NCBI RefSeq assembly: GCF_006345805.1
Contig: NC_043000.1
Coordinates: forward strand, 98,952,001 to 99,016,000
Direction of reading: 5' to 3'
Source of the DNA: Octopus sinensis
Lineage: Eukaryota
DNA length: 64,000 nt
Shown: in pieces, positions 40,811-54,422 of the stretch
Layout of the letters: each line of letters starts with the position of its first letter
Numbering within the stretch: position 1 is the first letter of the stretch
Program-made: the position numbers and the translations under genes
Notes under the pieces: generated by a model
Seen by the model: the letters and a program-made list of their open reading frames with translations, nothing else
Database searches by the model: none
What the model was told of the DNA's origin: nothing

Positions 40811-42023
40811 GAGAACTGTGGTTGTCGACCGGTTTCGGTTTTGCTAATCATGACATTGAAATTATTATTATTTCGTATTTTAAGAAGTTTGTAGTTCATG
40901 ATCTTGTATGAAAGTTTGCGAATGAATCAAGTAGAAAAATCTAAGGGGAGGTAATTGGTAATATTTATTATTGGGGACAGGGGAAGGAGTTGCTCATTTT
41001 TGCGGTGGGACAACAAAACATAACAAAAACTAAAGTAGTGAGATGAAATATGTACAGTGATGTACGTGTGATCGTAAATTAGAATAATACTGAGACTGTG
41101 GTTATGCGTTCATATTTAGGCGTGTCTTGTATTTTTCGATAAATATATTTTCTTTATTTAAACGTGCTTCTTCAAAAATTGTTTTCCTGCATTGGTAGAT
41201 GGGGTAACTGAAATTTGGTTGGAGATTCCCCGCACATCTCTCTTTTTCTCTCTCTGTTCACTCAAAAGTATCTGTTTGTACCCTAGGAAACGGATGTGTT
41301 CCTTATGCAGTGTAGTTCTCCGTCTAAGTGACATACTTTTATGACCTATATAGTTGTGTCCACAGCCAGAACAAGTTATAACATTAATTAATTTCTCGGA
41401 TGCACAAGTGAAGTTGGTCTTCATTGTGAACCTCTCTCCTTATTTGAATTGGAATTCCGAGCTGTCCAGTAGTTTGGAGCATGTTCCACAGTTTGGACGT
41501 CCAACATTTTAACCATTTGTTTCGTGATTGTTGTGTGTAATCTTGCATATGTCAGTAGTCTTTTCAGCGATCTGGCTTGCTTTTCACATTTGCTGAATTT
41601 TTGTGTTTTAAGAATGTAATTCATTTTTGGATACCTAGTGAGCATAGGTAGATTTTGTACAACGGTATTTTATGTTTCATTGTTTCTAGGGATATGAGTG
41701 GATATATACGGTAGTATTTTGAGATTAAGGTGGTGTTTCATTTTGTTTCCCTTAGTGTTGTAATGCCCATTTTCTTGACATGTTTAATTAAATCATCTAT
41801 AAGTGAGGGTGGATAGTATCTCTCAGTTAGTGTTGTTCTGAGGACTTGATGACGGAATGATAATTAACACCAATTATCTCACCTTACATTTTTCTACTTG
41901 TTGATTCATTCACAAACTTTAATACAAGAACAAGGACAGAAAAAGTCTGATGAAAATACGAAATCACCATAACTTCAATGTCATGATCAGCGAAAGCGAA
42001 ATCGGTCGACAACCACAGTTCTC
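40811..42023 (-). mobile_element. Penelope-like element remnant between inverted terminal repeats
   Basis: Coding remnant 41158-41870: KQARSLKRLLTYARL..., TNFTCASEKLINVITCSGCGHNYIG (GIY-YIG). 40811-40881 is an inverted homolog of 41949-42023 (GAGAACTGTGGTTGTCGACCG...). Confidence 0.85.
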
Positions 42024-42024
42024 A

Positions 42025-42056
<32 letters not shown>

Positions 42057-42059
<3 letters not shown>

Positions 42060-42240
42060 ACTGCAGCGTAGAAGGTGTTTATAAGCCATTTAAAAATACA
42101 TAAATTCCGTGCAGCACGGAATTTTGTCAGTGAACGAGTCGCGGTCTCAAAGCGACGAAAATATTTTGACAAATGTTGAAGTGATTCTAACGTTTTTTGT
42201 GTTTTAAATGGCTTATAAACACTTTCCACGCTGCAATTGT
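42057..42240. mobile_element. Fold-back element with about 46-bp terminal inverted arms and an internal hammerhead-like fold
   Basis: ACAACTGCAGCGTAGAAGGTGTTTATAAGCCATTTAAAA is inverted at 42200-42240; internal palindrome TTCCGTGCAGCACGGAA. Confidence 0.7.
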
Positions 42241-42310
42241 TTTTGTTTCAGTACACGATCTTAGATCAGGTCAATTACTATGCAAGTGCATCTCCGTACT
42301 ATATATATAT

Positions 42311-42364
<54 letters not shown>

Positions 42365-42365
42365 T

Positions 42366-42399
<34 letters not shown>

Positions 42400-42800
42400 C
42401 ATATGTGTGTGTGTGTATGTGTGTGTGAGTGTGTGTGTTTTACATCTCTGAGCGGGAGAAATACAATAATAATACCGAATAGTAATGCTTATATGCCAAC
42501 ATATCGTGGCAGTCCTATAAAGAACGATGTTAATGTTGTTTTAGCCCCAGGAAAACATCTTTTGTAGTTGGCTTTCGACACACAGGTCATGTCCGTATAA
42601 AGCATCACTCCCATCTCTAGCCTTATGGGATACTCAATATGATACAATCACCAGTTAGTGACGAAAGCTATATAAGGACACAAACTCTGTGTCGATAGCC
42701 AGCTGGAAAAGACGTTTTCCTGGGGCTTAAATAACAGAAACATCGACCTTTATAGGACCGCAACGTTATGTTGACATATAATCATTAATATATATAATAT

Positions 42801-42861
<61 letters not shown>

Positions 42862-42984
42862 ATATGTATATATGAGTGTATATATATGTATATATATATA
42901 CATATATATATATATGTATGTATATATGTATATATATGAGTGTATATATATATATATATATACGCATATACATACACACACATA

Positions 42985-43105
42985 CTCTACTGCATCACTT
43001 GATAAGGCTTTAGTCTATAGTATAAAACACTTGCCATAGCTGTTGTACTGTGGGACTGAACCGAAGAAGCATATGGTTGGGAAATAAGTATCTTACACAG
43101 CCCTA
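42985..43105 (-). mobile_element. SINE 5' half, diverged
   Basis: Reverse complement of the GGCTGTGTAAG...GGTTCAGTCCCAC...GGCAAGTGT head. Confidence 0.65.
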
Positions 43106-43856
43106 GGTCATGTACATACAATACGTACATGACCTAGCGGTTAATGTGCTGGACTTCCAATCATAAGTTCGTCGGTTCTATTCCTCGAGCGGGAATCGCT
43201 TTGTTTGTCATTTATGTTGCTCCAAGTTATTCAGCAGTAACGGAGTAGCTGTCGGCTGCTGGCGCAGACATCTCTTACTCCATCTGTCAAACGTTCAATA
43301 TTCCCATGGATCGAGGGCAAGGGGGGGGGTTAAGACGTGTACACCTGGTCGTGCTTATTATATAGATTTACCAAGACAATTAATGGAAACGTGAAACAAA
43401 CTAAGTTCTACTTGCTTTTGAATAACAACTTAAAAATAAGGATGTGCGCGTTTTGATAGGATTGTCTGTGTGTGTATGCGTGTGAGCATGTATGTGTGTC
43501 TTGTATTTATGTACATAGGGACATTTTTACTCACTACGTAAAGTGGAATACATATGTGTATACACACACGTGTTTGTGAGTGTGTGAGTGTGTGTTGTGT
43601 GTGTCTGGGTGCGTGAATGTGTGTATGCGTTTGTGTGTATATGTGTGTATAAATGTTTAGCTAAAGAAATTGCTAGAGAATTGCTAGAGAATTGTCTCAA
43701 GTGGCTAATGTCTGCGCGAAATGCTAGAATTTTATACATTTACTTTAATATTCCAACAAGTTGAATAAGTAGTTTTGCATGAAACTCTACAGCCTTTAGT
43801 GACTCATAACGCTACTTCAGTTCACTAAAGATTATATATCTATGTGTATATGTACA

Positions 43857-43970
<114 letters not shown>

Positions 43971-44289
43971 AGGGATGTGTCGCCTGGATTGGCAAGGTAG
44001 GCAGTGCCTACCCTGAATAAAATAGAACGATAGTAATATTTTTCTTTTATGGCAAAATATGCACCTAATAAAATTATGAAGGTTATTCTGAGTATTAAAG
44101 CTACGCACAGAGCTGCTATAGTACATGTACTGCCTGCATTCCTACAAAGTTTTCTTTACGTGCTATAAAGGCAGAAGTAAATCTGCCTACCACTCAGACC
44201 GCGCGCCTGTGCTTCGCGTTTTTTGTGTGTTTTACTACATAAACGTCACCAGCTGCCTACTCCGAGTAATTACTGACGGCGTGTACCTA

Positions 44290-44360
<71 letters not shown>

Positions 44361-44907
44361 GCTATCTATCTTCATACATACATATATACATATTCATCTA
44401 TCTTCATGCATCTATCTTTATGCATACATATATAAATATTCATGCATATGTACGCACACACACACACACACACACCTCCACTCAGTTCATGTAAATGTTC
44501 CAAGAGTCCAAACAATTTCTTTGTACGAATTTGTTTTGAGCGGATGAAGTGTTGCACAGCATTAAACCCCCACTTTTCAGCGCAGTCAACTATTAATAAC
44601 AGTGTCACAATAAATGTAATGTTGAGACAATGAGAAACCGACTGCAATTCAGGAATTTTATACGAGTTTACCTTTTTGTAGAAGGAAATTCTAACGAGCT
44701 CTAGAGATCCTTCACTTCCAGTGAAATCAACCTATAGTTGGGACCCTAACAAGAGCTTCTATTCCGGGTGAGAACCGAACTGGAAACAATGGTGGTTAAG
44801 ATGTGGTTCTACACCATAAAAAAAAACCCTGAATAGCCGTATCAGGGCTCCAGCCACTATAAAATATACGACTAAGATGCAGTTAGTGATTACTGAGAAT
44901 GAATATT

Positions 44908-45122
44908 GAATTCAAGTTTTGGCACAAAGCCAGCAATTTCGGGAGATGTATACGTAGATTAGATGATCCCCGGTGCTCCACTGGTACTTATTTTATCGAA
45001 CCTGAAACTATGAAAAGCAAAGTCTACCTCGGCGGAATTTGAACTCAGAACATAAAGACGGATGAAATGCCCATAAGCATTTTCCCCCGGCGTGCAAATA
45101 TTTCTAGCAGCTCCCCGCCTTT
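44908..45122 (-). mobile_element. Full-length SINE with 15-bp TSD
   Basis: CTGAGAATGAATATT at 44893-44907 and 45123-45137; head AGGCGGGGAGCTGCTAG on the minus strand. Confidence 0.88.
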
Positions 45123-46741
45123 CTGAGAATGAATATTAACATCATTTATTAAATACTCTTAATATACAGCGGCATGTGTTTCAGTAACAATCTCATTAAA
45201 TGAATGTAAATTAAGATTGTGGAAACGAATATACATAAGGTGGTAATGTGAAATTGCAGGTAGATCTCTCGAAAGTTTCAAAAAGAGATAATGAAAGAAA
45301 ACAACTATAAGAATGTCTACATTGAGCGATGAGAGAAGAGGAACATTTTTATGTCTGGTGTTTTTGCATCCGTAAAATTTTAAGTGATTATATTTGAAAT
45401 ATATGTGCGTATATAACAAGATCAAGATGATGTGATAAAGAAGAGAGGAAGGTACGGAATGGTGAAGTCTGATGCATAAGGAACCAAAGTCGACGGAGAG
45501 AACGATGTAAGCAGGTTATATGAAAGAAAATATTAAGATCGCCCGAGAAAACATGAAGATTAGGAGCTCAAAGCTAATAGTTTGCATAATATGTTTGGAA
45601 TGAGACATCTTTTATTCATTGAATCGATAAATTATATATAAAAAACATTCTGTTAAATCTCAGATTTGGCGGTAAAACTGAGTTGATATCTTAAAAATTT
45701 TCCATTAAACGCAAAGTGTACGCATTATTCAATGTATTAGAATATATTTCTTTAAAGAATCAGATACTAAAAAAAATTAGTTCTATGTCTTAAGTGTTAT
45801 TATGGTTTAGCAGCATTAAAAATTGTACTAATGTAAGATTTTTGGATTAGATTAACAATGATAATTCAATTATAATATTGGAAAACATATTAAATAAATT
45901 TAAGAAAAAGGAGCCTAATATTTCATGAATGCATAAATTTCGGAAAATTTTTGAAAAGATTAAAGATAAGATATAAAGACTTTACAAATAAATTTAGAAA
46001 AAGTATAAAAATGTTTTTCGCGGATAAGATTAAGAGGAAGACGGTAGCAAGATGACAAAACAAAATGAGGGAACTAATATTGCGACGAGGGATAAAAGAA
46101 TCAAAATTGTGATAAATGTAAAATACACAGTAAAATATAATAGAAGCAGAAAATAAGCATCGAAGAAAAAACGAGATAATTGTAGGAAGAGATATATTAC
46201 CTGACAGCTGTGTAATTTTTTAGTTGATGAATGCAATGCATACGGCTCGAGTCTCTTACGTAGCTTTACGACCAATTATATATATGCTTTATTAAAAAGC
46301 AGCAAAATATCCCAAAAATTGTTACTCAGATTTTGACGTTGGCTTCGTCGGACAGTTTTGTTTAGAATAGAACAAAAATAAGGTTATAAACAAAAATATA
46401 GAATTAGTTTGATAGATACATGTTTGAAAATGGTTTTATTTCATTGGTCCTTTCAACTAACGGTATTTTCAATAACCGGTTGCATACAATAAAAAATTGC
46501 GGTATAAAATCATATTATAAAAGTCGAAGAAAACCTTAAATCAAAAATAGCTTATAAAGAAAGACAGAACCTGAATACCCAGGGTAAATAATTAGCTATA
46601 AAATATTAATCAATTAATAAATTAAACGATATATCCGTTTTAAAAAATCACGCTTGATTACATATTCATTAATAAATCATATTACTCTACCTCTGGTATT
46701 CGAGTACTATTTTTTCCACTTTGTTTCGCATTTATATGCTT

Positions 46742-46781
<40 letters not shown>

Positions 46782-46783
<2 letters not shown>

Positions 46784-47000
46784 GAGCAGGGGTTGAACAT
46801 TTCTTGGCTTTGGGTAAAAGAAAATACAGGAGGATCAGTTAATTATGATTTTACTTAATACATTACCCTCTCTGATTCACACACTTATTTCAGCGGTCCT
46901 ACAGTTCTTCTAAGCCCTGTAAAAGAACTCGGAAGTTTGAGCCTTCAACCAGGCCTTTCGCGATACTCATAAAGCCAGGAACTTTTCATTAGCCCTTGAA
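46782..47000 (-). mobile_element. Mariner-derived MITE, third copy
   Basis: Reverse complement homologous to 4952-5098 and 7002-7197; AAAGCCAGGAACTTTTCA at 46971-46988. Confidence 0.75.
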
Positions 47001-47031
47001 ATATGTATATGTAGCTATGTATACACACACA

Positions 47032-47111
<80 letters not shown>

Positions 47112-47149
47112 TATATGTATCTTTTACTTCTTTCACTCAGCAGAATGCG

Positions 47150-47420
47150 GCCACAGTCCTTAATTTCAACCCTAGAAATTATTTTGTCGGTATCTTTTGA
47201 CGAAACGCTATAGAACGAGAACGTAAACACACCAATACCTGTTGTCAATCGGTGGCAGGAGACAAGCACAGACACAAAACACATACACACATAGAAAAAC
47301 ACACACACGCACACACGACAGGCTTATTTCAGTTTCTATCTACCGAATCCACTCAAGGATTTTTGTCAGCCCCAGGCTATAATAAGATGCTCTCATCCAA
47401 GTTACTACGTAGCGCGGGAA
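47150..47420 (-). mobile_element. Bipartite SINE, diverged
   Basis: Reverse complement of the tail (GCGGCCACAG...) and central domain of the 18602 family. Confidence 0.6.
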
Positions 47421-47954
47421 GCAAAATGTATGTGTGTATGTATGTCTGTATTATGTATGTATGTATATTTTTAATACTATGAGTACCTTGAAGGTCGCCT
47501 TGACACTGTTATTGTTATTATTGATGGTGCTATTATTGTAGTATTACTTACGTATTTATGTTTGTGTTCCCCGTAATCTGATAATTTCATTTGTGGTAAA
47601 TAACGTACATCATATAACCAGAGAATTGAGAGAAATCCAACAAGAATTACTCATATTCCACACGATGAAGTGCTCACGCAAACAAATATTTGACTGCATA
47701 ATAATTATAAGGAAGGATCTTGTATGATGGTGTATGATTATGAACTTGGCAACTTAAAGCCGGTGTGTGGTGCAGATACAAATATAGTGACCTTCTATTA
47801 AATCCTGATATCCACCATCCTAGTGTTATATTATTCTTTATTAATCTACAGCAAAGAGGAGTTTCAAATGTATATCCAGTCCCGAAATATACCCTACCGT
47901 AGGTAACCAAATAATGGTATAAAAGCTCTTAAATGCACCACGTGGCGCGGTTTC

Positions 47955-48014
47955 TAACTGAATTATACTCTCTCTTTCTCTCTCACTCTCTCTTTATTTC
48001 TTTCTATCTCTCTT

Positions 48015-48100
<86 letters not shown>

Positions 48101-48120
48101 CTCTCTCTCTTTCTCTCTGT
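47955..48120. repeat. (TC)n/(TCTT) pyrimidine microsatellite
   Basis: Direct reading. Confidence 0.95.
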
Positions 48121-51100
48121 ATATATACATGATATAAATGTATAGCTATATTATATATACGTGTATATATATATATGTGTGTGTGTGTGGGTGTGTGTGG
48201 GTGTATCCTCTGATATATATGTAACATAAATGTCAATCTTGTTTCATATTTAGAAGATCTTTTGTTGATAATGTACCTTATTAATACTGTCTCCTTCCTC
48301 ATGAGGTGTTACTGACTACATTTACCTGGCACATACCTGAGATTGTGTGTAGCTTTCACACGGAGTAATATCAGAAAATAAACCTAGAATTTAATAGATT
48401 CTTACCAATGTAAACCTATCTAAATTTTTCCTGTCATTTCTAATAATCTAGAAAGGAGATAAATACTTCTTCGTCTGAAGGTATGAGCGTTTCTACTCCC
48501 GACTAAATAGTTTAACACAACATATCATGCAGTCAAAAACCTTATTCATAATATTAGCAGAAAAATCTCAATCATATCTTCAGGTGAATATTTTGACGGT
48601 GTTCAAGATCAGTTCAACGCTGAACTAAACGAGAGCAGTTTCTAAAGAAAAGATTCACTATATCGAACACAATAGCAACATATAAGAATATATTAAAAAA
48701 GAAAAATCTGTAACAAAATAAACCGTTTGGCACTACACCTTTTTGGTTTAAATGTGTTATCCAGTTTAGACACAAGCTTTCCATATTTTATAGGTAAACA
48801 CTTCCAGCATATGTTATCGTATTACAATGTTATTTTATCACGTACAAGCCAATTTCATTTGTCTCTGAAATATGACTACTACTACCACCACCACCACCAC
48901 CACCAAGATTAATCATAGAAATTTCAGATTTAGTAATATTTCAACATCTCACCTTAAAGGAAGTAGAATAATATCGCTGTATTGTATCCTGATGCTATGT
49001 GTACCATAAAGGTACTTGTGATTCATCCGAAAATCTCCTTTGTAGACGGTGCTGAAAAGGTCTCATTTGTCTCATTGAACACAATAATTATATGCAAAAT
49101 TTTCCTGATCAATCCGTCAATCGTCTATACTGCTACGCTATATTTAGTGTTTTTACATGTTTTACAGAAAAGATTTTAATACTGAATTAAACAAGTGATC
49201 CTAAATAATCTGCTGTTGTCCCCATCAATAAATTTTTAAGTCATTTTGATCAGTTTATATAGTTTCATGATCTATATTTGCTAAATATGTCACTCTGTTC
49301 AATTCATATTCATTTGTTTATACCTTTCTAGCCACATCTTTTATTATTTTCACATGCAAACCTTTATTCACATTAATAGACCCATATCTACACATATCAG
49401 TTACATCAGTTATTATAAGAAATTATTTTTCTTTATTATAATCTCATACAACTTCTATTCTTACATCGCAATCACTCATGCATTATTTAACTTAGTTGTG
49501 TTATTCTGTCTACTAATCACATTTGCCCCTGAATATGTTTAATATACAAATACATATGCTATATGCTAGAAATGCCTGTCATGTCTCAGAAAAATCCTAC
49601 TCCCTTCTTTGGAAGAGGCGGAGTTGGTTATAAGAACACCAATACAATGCAAGTTCTTTATTTCGTCAACTACGCAAAGTTACATGGCGAAATCGACCTT
49701 GGTTTGATTCGAACTTGGAAAGTAAAAAACTAAGTAATCATCTTAAATTTTAGTACAAAGCCAACCATTTCGGACAAAAAACTAATTGTCGATTACTTTG
49801 ACACTAGTATGCAACTGGTACATATTCTATCGATCTCGAAAGGATGAAAGTTAAAGTCGACCTCGGCGGAATTTAAACTCAGAACATAAAGATGGACAAA
49901 CGAGTATTCAAGTCACATATACAGCTTTTGCCTTATACCTAAAGCGGAAAAAGGAATGTTTTCGAAAAGCAATATATACTTTTGTCGAAGCAAATACTGA
50001 CAACGTATTGTAAATATTGATTTCATCATTATTTCCGAAGAATGAATATTTCACACTCAGTCAACTCTTTAATTTCTCACCTAACTCTGGGGAAAATATT
50101 TGTGATATATTTGTTTTATAAATACTCTTGTTGTAAGGTAAAAAAAACAAAACAAGCTATTTTGAATAACGAGATCAATATTTAAGTTTTATTTCTTTCT
50201 GTCAGTAAAACACTTCTATAAATTCATTAAAAAATATTTTCCCGACATTACATTAAAAGTAAATAGTTAATCAATGATGTTATTATTGTGGTTGTATATC
50301 CGCCGAGGTCGACTTTCGGGGGTCGATAAATTAAGTACCAGTTACGTACTGGGATCGATCTAATCGACTAGCTACGTCGCCCAAAATTTCAGGCCTTGTG
50401 CCTTTAGTAGCAAGGATTATTGTTGTGTATGACAGCGCTTCTTTACCCATTTCGAGAGAAGTATAGCTAACGAGGGAGAAATGAAGAGAGAAGAGACAAA
50501 AAGAAGGAAAGGGAGAAATAGAGAACTGTTTCCAGTATCTCACTGTTATTATATCAATTTTCGACACTATACGATGAAAAGGAGCGTAGACTTCGGTGTT
50601 CTAACGGCGAACAGATCATTTATGCTACATCGACGATCTAAGTCTTGCAATAAACAGCAATTCCACGGGCATCATCTATTCTAATAACCTTATTTCATTG
50701 CTAACCCAAATATTTCGAACTCAATTAATGCTTCTACCATGGTCCTCACCAGAGAGCCGAGCACCTAACAGTGCTGCTATATTTATGTGTTGCAAATTTT
50801 AGCAACAAGTGCTTTCCAACTTTCAAGACTATCTGCACGATCTAGAAGGCTTCAACTTCGCAAAAGCAGAAGTTGAAAAATATTTAAAGTTTTATAATAA
50901 GTTCTTATGTTAAATTTTTGCTTATTCTTGCTTTTGATTAAACGCTGTTAGTAGCTATAAATCAACCAGCATAAGTGGGCGGGAAATTTTTAGTATTTTT
51001 TTTTCTGACACCTTTCCAAACATAGAGTCACTGGTTGAACGGCCTTCTCTAATCAGAGTAGGTCAGATGCAGGAAACTCTGCCGAAATAATTTCTGTTCG

Positions 51101-52619
51101 CGAAAACATGACAATAAGACGTTAGAATAAATTTCCTGCTGCCTTGTGTGTAAATTCAACGCTGTGCACTTCTAACAGGTTAAGTTTGCAAACGTCATTA
51201 CTCTTCCATCATCATGGGAGCTTAATGGAGAGACACGATGGAACCAGATGGAATGATAAAAGTGTACATCATTAGATCAAAGTGAAATACTCCAGTACAA
51301 CACGTAGCACACTCTCAAGATACCATTCACTGGAATCGAGTGACAAATATTTGAAGATGACTGACAACTACATCAATGGCAGGTTTGATTTCAAAGTACC
51401 TTCACTTTTCCTACCAAATGCTAACTACATTTCAGCAAGAATTTGGAAGCAGTATATGTAGACATAGTTGGATGGCCGTTGACTATCATGAGTTTGTTGG
51501 CCCTTAATGGGTTTTGTTTTTTCTTATCCCGTAGGAATCCCAAAATCAAAGTCCTCACTATGCAGGCTTCGTAGGGTTGACTGTTAAGTTACGGACGACC
51601 AATTTGCATTGTGTTACATATTACTTTTAGCAGTCAAGAGTAACCTGATACAATATATATTTATATGTATGTGGGTGGGTTGTGTGTGTGTGCACGAGCG
51701 TAAATATATTACTTGCTTGATCGTCGCTCGGTGACATCCCTTCAAATTGGGCCGAAGCACATTTGGCGAATGCGCTGATGGGAATGGAGACAAAAAGCCG
51801 GAGACGGCAGAACGTTCCACTAGTCGGACAAGGAACTGAAGACCACACACACACACACACACACATACACACACACATACACATATATATGTATGTATGC
51901 AAATATGTATGTATGTATGTATGTATTTATGTATGTATGTATGTATGTATGTATGTATGTATGTATGTATGTATGTATGTATGCATGTATATATGTATGT
52001 ATGTTATCACTCTCCAATAACGCTTTCGCTAAATACTTCAGGTCAGGAAACATTGTAATGCAGTCATATATGAAGGATCAGACTTGATACGTTAGTCTGA
52101 TAACTGAAATGACCGAAACTCTAAGCCCTATCAATAACATAAATGTGCAACTGAATAAAAAAGCATACACTCTTTTTCCATTCATACACAGTTTTACGCA
52201 GCAGAGTGCGGTCCCCGTATTGTACTGGTAAGTTGCGATGAATTTTAACCCTGAAAAGCTTTCAGACCAGAGAAATCAGATCACTGATCTCTGTTCTTGG
52301 TGCCCCCTGCCAGCTTGTCGCCCATGTTTACTCTGTAACGCAAGGCAAGAAAATTGGATGGATCAAGCTCAAACGTCGGTTACCTAAAGTCAAGGGTGCC
52401 ACCCATTAGCACGAAAGAGCCGAAGGCATTGAGGCCAACGTAAAGTAAATTTTGGCGAAAGTGCGGATAATTTTTCATTTGCCTTCATATGTATATATAT
52501 TTGTGTGTGTGTATGTACGCACTCATCCTATTTTGCTATATATATATATATAATTAATCAATATAGGGTAGCAAAAAATTCAGAAATTATTTTATATATA
52601 GTTAATCCAAACAAGAAAA

Positions 52620-52760
52620 CACAAAAAAATACAACAACGCGAGGACGTGGAACAAATATAGTATTATTGGACGCTCAGGAGAGAAGGGAAGAAGGAGGGC
52701 TAAACGTTTCGAGCGGAGCTCTTCGTCGGAAACATAGGAGAAGGAAATCGATTTTGATAT
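52620..52760 (-). mobile_element. Penelope-type terminal fragment with hammerhead-like motif
   Basis: Minus strand 52729-52703: CCGACGA-A-GAGC-tcc-GCTC-GAAA-CGTT. Confidence 0.55.
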
Positions 52761-53363
52761 GTATATATGCATATATACATAGCAAACCGGTTAATATATC
52801 GAGTCGATATTTTACAGTATTAGAGAAATAAAACTAATTCCATGTATTATTCCACTACTTTTTAAATGCATCTCTACAGATTTTCTTTATTAAATTCTAT
52901 AGAAAATCTGTAGAAACGGCGATGACGCATAGCAAGCAGTAAGTAGGACACAGTATTGGCTTATAAGCGTTTAATATGTTTCGCAGTATATTAAGATTCC
53001 AAAACGAAATCCGGTGTCACTACCATGAATTAATATTCCAATATTATAAGAGGGCAATAATATTCCATTAATAGACTTCTGGCAAAGAGTTGATGATACA
53101 GTTATAGAATTATGCAAGGAAACGAGTTGTTCACTCATTTCTCCTTATTAATGTTTATATAAACTCTGGATACGTATGGATTTTCAGATATATTATCTGT
53201 AAAGAAATCCATTTTCGTTGGATAATAGTAAATGATATCCGAAACCCGTGGAAAGGCCAACGGTAAAACCCAGCTGGAATTAATACACACACACACACAC
53301 ATGTATATATGTGTATGCGTTTATATATAGTGTGTTTGTGAGTATGTATATATAATATATATA

Positions 53364-53529
<166 letters not shown>

Positions 53530-53984
53530 TAGATATACATACATACATACACATGGACATACATGCAGACATAGGATTGAAATGCTTCAAGTAAATTTAA
53601 GATATAGAGGCATGAACAGTTATATAAATTTAAATTACATACATGCTAATGTATCTATACTTACAAATAGATACACGCATAAAGTAGAGAAAAGCAGGAT
53701 GAAAATGAAATAGGTAATTGGATATTTGTTATTCGACTCATATTCAGTTGTGCACTTCATTAGTATAATTACAGATATCGGTTATCTATGAAATAACGGA
53801 TATTATATATCAATAATGTTATTTTAAATGAAACGAAAAAAGGGTTTAAAAGAGACAATAGCTATTGTATACAGGTTTTTAGTCTTCCTTTGACTAATAG
53901 AACCCACATGGTTATTGATTGCTAACATACTTCTAAATGCTACCTCCATATATCCTCCACACACTCCTGCAATTACACTTGTAT

Positions 53985-54200
53985 ATTGATTTCAAATTTT
54001 GACACAAAGCCAGTCATTTCGGGGAGCGGGTAAACTCGATTACATCAACCCCAGTACTCAACTAGTTCTTATTTTATCGATCCGAAAAGATGAAAAGCAA
54101 GGTCGACCGCAGCGCAATTTGAAATCAGAATGTGAAAACAGACAAATGTCGCTAAGCATTTCGCCCGGCGTGCTAACGATTCTGCCAGCTTGCCGCCTTT
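53985..54200 (-). mobile_element. tRNA-derived SINE (GGCGGCAAGCTGGCAGAATCG family)
   Basis: Head at 54200-54170 on the minus strand; tail TTTGTGTCAAAATTTGAAATCAATA. Confidence 0.82.
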
Positions 54201-54422
54201 TCCCGCTTTCTTCTATATTAGCATTCATCTTATCGCTCTTCTCTTATCGTAAATGTGTGGATGAGGGGAGCATTTATCCTCCCCTCATTTATCCACACTT
54301 TTACTCCAAATTAATGACTGCTAGACATTCTTATTATCAACATTCTGTATCCTAATTCCTCTCATTTTGATTAAATTCATTCATCTTTTAATCATAGGAA
54401 AATAGACGTTTGCACTATTACA

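Noticed and set aside
43103-43137. 13-bp-stem hairpin CTAGGTCATGTAC/GTACATGACCTAG
   Set aside because: Arises at the junction of two head-to-head SINEs; no independent support. Similar short hairpins at 15051-15089 and 52873-52914 were also set aside.
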